Shown in pieces: positions 58,828-64,000 of a DNA stretch of 64,000 nucleotides; the first letter of the stretch is position 1, and every line of letters starts with the position of its first letter. The position numbers and the translations under genes are program-made. The DNA is from an archaeon (lineage in GTDB: Archaea > Nanobdellota > Nanobdellia > Woesearchaeales > UBA9642): the NCBI GenBank assembly GCA_020057295.1, contig JAGVGF010000004.1, forward strand, positions 32,001-96,000, written 5' to 3'. The notes beneath the pieces are model-generated. The model was not told where the DNA came from, did no database searches, and saw nothing but the letters and a program-made list of their open reading frames with translations.

Positions 58828-60651
58828 ATGGGACGCGTTGATTTAAGTATGTTTGTAGATGAATTATTATCACAGACAGATATTACGGAGCATATTGGAC
58901 AAGTCGTATCTTTGAAAAAAAGAGGAAGCACATACTGGGCATGTTGTCCGTTTCATGAGGAAAAAACAGCGTCATTCCATGTTGATCCAAAAAAAGGTCT
59001 CTATAGTTGTTTTGGTTGTCACAGAGGAGGCAATCTTCTAACATTTTTTATGGAATATCAAAAGTTGAATTTCATTGAAGCAGTAAAATTTCTTGCAGAA
59101 AAAGAGGGCAGACCGATGCCCGGATTTATGCATGAACGTGGAGAAAAAAATGCACATACAAGAGAAATACTCGAAGAGGCATTAACATATTTCACATCAA
59201 AATTAGAGACGTATCCAGAAGTCTACTCTTATCTTACAAGTGAAAGACGAGGATTAAATCCTGATACAATAAGAGAATATAGACTAGGATATGCTGAGCC
59301 TGGTTGGGATGGTTTGCTTAATCATCTTCGTGGAAAAGGATTTAGTATCGAAGATTTAATCAGGCAGAACCTTATATCAAAGAAATCATCGGCAGGAGAA
59401 AAATCCGAGTCATTTAATGATTATTATGATCGTTTTCGTGGTAGAATAATAATTCCTATTTTTAATCATTTAGGTCAACTTACTGGATTTGCAGGACGTG
59501 TATTCAAAGAAGAGGATGCACAATATGGTAAGTATATTAATACAGCTGATGATACTCCTTTTGGCAAAACATCATATGTAAAGAAAAACACCTTGTTCGG
59601 TCTTGATAAGGCAGCACAATCAATCATTGACTTAGGAGAGGCAATATTAACTGAAGGATATTTTCATCATATAAGCAGTCACCAATCAGGTTTACTGAAT
59701 GTTGTAGCATCTGGAGGTACTGCATTTACAAAAGAACAAGCAACACTTCTAAGAAGATATGCTGATAAGATATTAATATTAATGGACCCTGATGCAGCAG
59801 GAATAAGAGCTGCACGCACAGCTGCAGAGATAAGTTACGGTTTAGGTTTTAGTCCAAGATTAGGATTACTTCCAGAAGGCAAAGATCTTGATGATATCTC
59901 TAGAGAGTGCAAAAATAGAGATGCTATATTGCAAAGAATTTCTTTTATGGATATTCCACAATTCATAATACATACTACACAATACGATAGGAGTAATCCC
60001 GATGATGTTCATCGTACATTAGAGGATTTAGCTAAATTCTTTTCTTTAGAAAAAAATGCTGGAAGAAAATTATTATGGATAAGCGAAACATCAAAAAGTC
60101 TTGATGTGCCGAAGGAAATTATTCATTCCTATATAAGAAAAGATATTAGAGAACCAGAAATTGATAGTGATACCATACCAGATACGTTGGTTAAATCGTA
60201 CATTTATCATCTTCTAACAGCTCCTAAGGATTATAGAGCTACATTTCTTAGTGAGATACCTTGTGAAAGTAGAGTATTTAGATTCAATAAAGGTTTACAG
60301 ATACTTTACAAAACCATTATAGAAGAGAGTCGCAAGAATCCTCAACAAAATTTAGATATTGAACCGCCAAGATTAGAAGAGTTAGATTTTGGAGTAATAA
60401 GGAGAGAACAAATATTTGATTATTTAAGGAAAAAATTTATGGAGAGAACAATAGAACAATTTCCTTTTGAATTACAAGAATTTCTTTATAAAAAACCTAA
60501 AATAGATTTTAAGACAACTGTTTCATTATTAAGACATTACGTAAAAGAGTATCAACGCCAAGATTTAGTGCAGGGATTAGCAGAAGCATATAGAACAGAA
60601 AATGAAGAATCAATAAAAAGGATTTCAGAAGAGCTAAGAACATTAACATAA
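58828..60651 (+). CDS. dnaG: Bacterial-type DNA primase DnaG (CHC2 Zn finger + RNAP domain + TOPRIM)
   Basis: CCPFHEEKTASF...YSCFGC, YDRFRGRIIIPI, GFAGR, KYINT, TEGY, GTAFT, MDPDAAG. Confidence 0.93.
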   Translation: MGRVDLSMFVDELLSQTDITEHIGQVVSLKKRGSTYWACCPFHEEKTASFHVDPKKGLYSCFGCHRGGNLLTFFMEYQKLNFIEAVKFLAEKEGRPMPGFMHERGEKNAHTREILEEALTYFTSKLETYPEVYSYLTSERRGLNPDTIREYRLGYAEPGWDGLLNHLRGKGFSIEDLIRQNLISKKSSAGEKSESFNDYYDRFRGRIIIPIFNHLGQLTGFAGRVFKEEDAQYGKYINTADDTPFGKTSYVKKNTLFGLDKAAQSIIDLGEAILTEGYFHHISSHQSGLLNVVASGGTAFTKEQATLLRRYADKILILMDPDAAGIRAARTAAEISYGLGFSPRLGLLPEGKDLDDISRECKNRDAILQRISFMDIPQFIIHTTQYDRSNPDDVHRTLEDLAKFFSLEKNAGRKLLWISETSKSLDVPKEIIHSYIRKDIREPEIDSDTIPDTLVKSYIYHLLTAPKDYRATFLSEIPCESRVFRFNKGLQILYKTIIEESRKNPQQNLDIEPPRLEELDFGVIRREQIFDYLRKKFMERTIEQFPFELQEFLYKKPKIDFKTTVSLLRHYVKEYQRQDLVQGLAEAYRTENEESIKRISEELRTLT

Positions 60652-60712
60652 TATTAATTTTATGATTTTATAATATTATTATAAGTTAAAACCATCAGGA
60701 GTTAAAGATAAT

Positions 60713-62683
60713 ATGATACTAAACATTTCTGGTCACAATTATACGTTGAGAGATTTTGAGAATGTAAGGCAAGAACTTCATAAATTCTATGAACGCTATG
60801 GAAAGAAAAAACAGCCTACACAAGTTATGATTAGAACAAAAAATCCTTCATTATATCATCAGTTAAGATTGTGGGGATATAAATTATCAGGAAAGGGTTC
60901 GCCGAGATATGCTATAAAAGAAATGGGTCGTGATATAAAGACTGTGTTAAGTTTAGATGAAATAAAGGAACAGTTCAAATCTGTTTTTAACCCAGAATAT
61001 GTCTCTAAATTTTATGGTACTCCAGGAAAGCGTGTGAGCATAAAAAAAGAAATGCTCGATGCTGGTCAGAGACAAAAACAAGCGTATTTTGCATGTTTTT
61101 TTAAAAAGAGAAATCTTTCTTTAAAAGATATTATTAATGGATTACACGGAGAACATCCTGATCTTTATGATGCGTTACATGGGTCTTTATTAACTAACGA
61201 AGTTATTGGCGATAATTTAATAGATTTATATTATCAAGGTAAAGATTTATCTCCTGGTGCTATTGAGCGTACAAATAGTATTGGAAGCAGAATTAAGCAT
61301 CAATTACAAAAAAGTATAAAGTCTGATAAAGGTTCTGAAAAATATTGGCATAATATGCTAAAATTCTTGCCTATCCCTAGAATAAATATTTCTGATTTAC
61401 GTAGTGACGGTCAAGACGCTAGAGCTGTTATGTCACAAATAGTTGAATTACAGGCACAATTTTTATTAGAAATAGTAAAAAAATATGATCCTGAATGTTC
61501 TTCGATGAGTGATACATTTAAAAAATTATTTGGACCAAAAATTACTGCAATATATCCAAGAAGTAATCAAGGCATGGTAGAGTTAGAGAATGGCAATACA
61601 TTTGCTGATGCACGTATACAATCCGGTTTAGAAGATATACTTTTAGAAGTAAAGAACAAAAATCTTTTAACAGACAGCCTTCATAAAAGACTAAGAAAAT
61701 ATGATTCTAAACATTATTGGAATGATTCTAAAAGAATAACAAAAAAAGTTCTATTAGTAAACACAATCGATGAATGTGTAAGTGAGCATTTTGAGAGGTT
61801 TGAAAGGAAAGGTTGGGATGTTTGGAATACAACACAATTTTTTGAAGATTATAAAAAAGCAATAGATATTTTAATGCAAAATGATCCTTTGTTTTTCCAG
61901 AAATCTATGATGCCTATGCAAAGTCAAGAATTAATGATGGATATTGCTAAGGAGATAACAACCACACCTCACCTACTTATGAGAAGATCACATGCATACA
62001 AAAGAAATTGGATCAAGACATTACTTAAAGAAAATATTTTAGCTCTCACAAAAAATATTCCTAATCACGAAAGAGAAAATTATGCTGAATGTTATCGTGA
62101 ACCATTTCTGGTTTTCGATCAATACTATCATGGTCGTGAAAAAGTATCTGTTCCTAACGTGTTGTTCGTAGATCTTGAAACAACAGGACATCTTAAAAAT
62201 GGATCAATGATTGTTGTTTTAGGGATGGCATATATGCATGAAGGACAGATGTATACAGAACTATTATTTGCCAGAAATCCTCAAGAAGAAAAAAGAATCT
62301 TAGAACGATTTAATCAACTATCACAACAATATGATACCATAGCGACATTTAACGGAGATTCTTTTGATAAACCCTTTTTACAAGAACGATTAAATGCTCA
62401 TCTTATACGCTATCCCAAAGAATGGAATCATGTAGATGTATATAAGAAATATAAACAAATAGCTAAAAAAAATAAATATCCTACAGCATCGCTACAAACA
62501 TATGAGAGAACAGAGTTAGGCTTAATAAGAAGAGGCGATATTTTAGGAAAAGATATTCCTCAAGCATATAAAGATTTTATAAATGGTATTGACGATCATA
62601 CTATAAAGAAAGTTATTACTCATAATCATCTTGATGTAATAAGCTTAGCAATAATTTACGATCAATATTATCAGAAGAAATAA
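60713..62683 (+). CDS. Multidomain nuclease: unknown N-terminus + PD-(D/E)XK-like + YprB/RNase_H_2 DEDD exonuclease
   Basis: FADARI...ILLEVK; C-terminal FVDLETTG, TFNGDSFD.PFL..R, HVDVY, SL..YE..LG..R.GDI.G..IP, HNHLDV. Confidence 0.8.
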   Translation: MILNISGHNYTLRDFENVRQELHKFYERYGKKKQPTQVMIRTKNPSLYHQLRLWGYKLSGKGSPRYAIKEMGRDIKTVLSLDEIKEQFKSVFNPEYVSKFYGTPGKRVSIKKEMLDAGQRQKQAYFACFFKKRNLSLKDIINGLHGEHPDLYDALHGSLLTNEVIGDNLIDLYYQGKDLSPGAIERTNSIGSRIKHQLQKSIKSDKGSEKYWHNMLKFLPIPRINISDLRSDGQDARAVMSQIVELQAQFLLEIVKKYDPECSSMSDTFKKLFGPKITAIYPRSNQGMVELENGNTFADARIQSGLEDILLEVKNKNLLTDSLHKRLRKYDSKHYWNDSKRITKKVLLVNTIDECVSEHFERFERKGWDVWNTTQFFEDYKKAIDILMQNDPLFFQKSMMPMQSQELMMDIAKEITTTPHLLMRRSHAYKRNWIKTLLKENILALTKNIPNHERENYAECYREPFLVFDQYYHGREKVSVPNVLFVDLETTGHLKNGSMIVVLGMAYMHEGQMYTELLFARNPQEEKRILERFNQLSQQYDTIATFNGDSFDKPFLQERLNAHLIRYPKEWNHVDVYKKYKQIAKKNKYPTASLQTYERTELGLIRRGDILGKDIPQAYKDFINGIDDHTIKKVITHNHLDVISLAIIYDQYYQKK

Positions 62684-62685
62684 TT

Positions 62686-64000
62686 CTATACTATCTGACT
62701 ATTGTGTTCATGCTTATTAATACGTATTATGTTTTGTACGTAACTTTCCATTTTTGGCTCATGACTGACCATTATCAGCTGTTTCATGTCTAATTCGTAA
62801 AGCACATCACGCATTCTATCAAGTTGTTCTGAACTGAACCCATCTGTTGGTTCGTCTAAAATTATTAAATCCTTAGTTTTAATATTATTAATAAGATCAT
62901 TAATAACCTTATTTAGAGCAAGCCTATATGCTAATGCTACTGCTGTTTTTTCTCCACCAGACAAATTTGATATTTCCGTTTCGTAATTATTTTGAGTAAC
63001 TAAAGGAGTGAATTCATCATCAACTCTTACTTCAATATTTTCATCATCAATTAACATGGTAAACCATTTCTGGAATAACTCGTTGAATTCTATATGTATT
63101 TTTTGCATTATAACTTTTTCGATAGTAGATGTTAAATTTACAAAATGTTCTGTAATCCAATAATTTAAATCATTAATATATGCTATTTTATCTTTGAGTT
63201 TATTTTTCTTATCTATATCTTCTGTCAATTTAGAAATTTCTTTATTTGCGTTATCTAAATCTTTCTTTACACTTACAATTCTAATATCGCTCTCTCTTAA
63301 TTGTTTATTATTATCATCTAATTCTTTCTTTTTAGTATTATATTCTGACTCAATGTTTGCATATTGTGAGATTTTGTTATTATGTTCGTTATATTTTTCA
63401 TTTAAATCTTTGACTTCATCCTGAATAATTTTATTACGCGAGTCTAATTCTATTTTTTGCGTACTTTTTTCTTTTAATGATTCTTCGATATGTTTTTTTA
63501 CTTCAATATTATTTAGTATCTTTCTATTTTTTGATATAGTCTCTATTAATTTATTTACATCCATATGATCTAACTTTTCTTTCTTTAGTTTTAAATCGTC
63601 AATTTCGTTAGTTAGCTGGGTTTTCAATTCTTGCTGTTTAGTAATATTAGATAATTTCATTGAAACTTCTTTTAATTCAATTTCGCTTTTTCTTAACTCT
63701 TCAAATCCTTCTTTAAGATTTTTAATCTTTATTTCTAAGTCTTTTTTCTTATTGTTTAATTCTACAATCTTTCTGTCTGTCCCTAATATGTTAGCGTTTT
63801 CTTTGTCTAGAATTTTTACTTTGTGTGTAAAGTCTACATTTTGTAAACATAATGGACATGTATTTAAGTCCTTTAATTGATTCACAATTTTTAAAGAATT
63901 ATTTTTACCAATACTGATAGTATTTAATTCAATACTAATTTTATCGAGCAATACTTTTTCTTCATCGAGCTCTTTCTCTTTATGTGATTTTAATTCTAAT
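62686..64000 (-). CDS. rad50: Rad50-type SMC-family ATPase (C-terminal part; start outside window)
   Basis: CPLC zinc hook, coiled coil, LSGGE signature, IILDEPTDG, VSHE. Confidence 0.92.
   Translation of the reverse strand, partial: LELKSHKEKELDEEKVLLDKISIELNTISIGKNNSLKIVNQLKDLNTCPLCLQNVDFTHKVKILDKENANILGTDRKIVELNNKKKDLEIKIKNLKEGFEELRKSEIELKEVSMKLSNITKQQELKTQLTNEIDDLKLKKEKLDHMDVNKLIETISKNRKILNNIEVKKHIEESLKEKSTQKIELDSRNKIIQDEVKDLNEKYNEHNNKISQYANIESEYNTKKKELDDNNKQLRESDIRIVSVKKDLDNANKEISKLTEDIDKKNKLKDKIAYINDLNYWITEHFVNLTSTIEKVIMQKIHIEFNELFQKWFTMLIDDENIEVRVDDEFTPLVTQNNYETEISNLSGGEKTAVALAYRLALNKVINDLINNIKTKDLIILDEPTDGFSSEQLDRMRDVLYELDMKQLIMVSHEPKMESYVQNIIRINKHEHNSQIV

Noticed and set aside
1-64000. 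CRISPR array, IS element or prophage
   Set aside because: No regularly spaced repeats, transposase, cas or viral structural genes recognised

Overview
Strongly AT-rich archaeal chromosomal DNA, most consistent with a DPANN (Woesearchaeota-like) genome. The evidence is the split rpoB''/B' and rpoA'/A'', thermosome, aIF2-gamma, PINA ATPase, eS1, eL43, Pcc1, prefoldin, archaeal tRNAs with 37/38 introns and TTTA(T/A)AWA promoter boxes. The window is mostly core machinery: SMC (cut at the left edge), RNase HII, Dus, uS7, FtsZ, topoisomerase IA, the rpoH-B''-B'-A'-A''-eL30-nusA-uS12 operon, the eL43-rpoP-pcc1-pfdB cluster and Rad50 (cut at the right edge). It also holds six tRNA genes (two with introns) and scattered bacterial-like accessory genes. 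I saw no CRISPR array, integrase or transposase. Best candidates for something new: (1) a bacterial-type Zn-finger DnaG primase paired with a PD-(D/E)XK + YprB-like DEDD double nuclease; (2) four unannotated structured intergenic elements, namely a 120-nt four-way-junction RNA between trmB and a nucleotidyltransferase, an eS1 leader, a pseudoknot-capable topA leader and a ~170-nt RNA before tRNA-Asp; (3) sequences upstream of 5 of 6 tRNA genes that are complementary to that tRNA's own D-arm, with a related TSS-spanning inverted-repeat pattern at several protein-gene promoters; (4) a deoxyhypusine synthase fused to a degenerate copy of itself. All structures and protein calls were read by eye, with no folding software or database searches.
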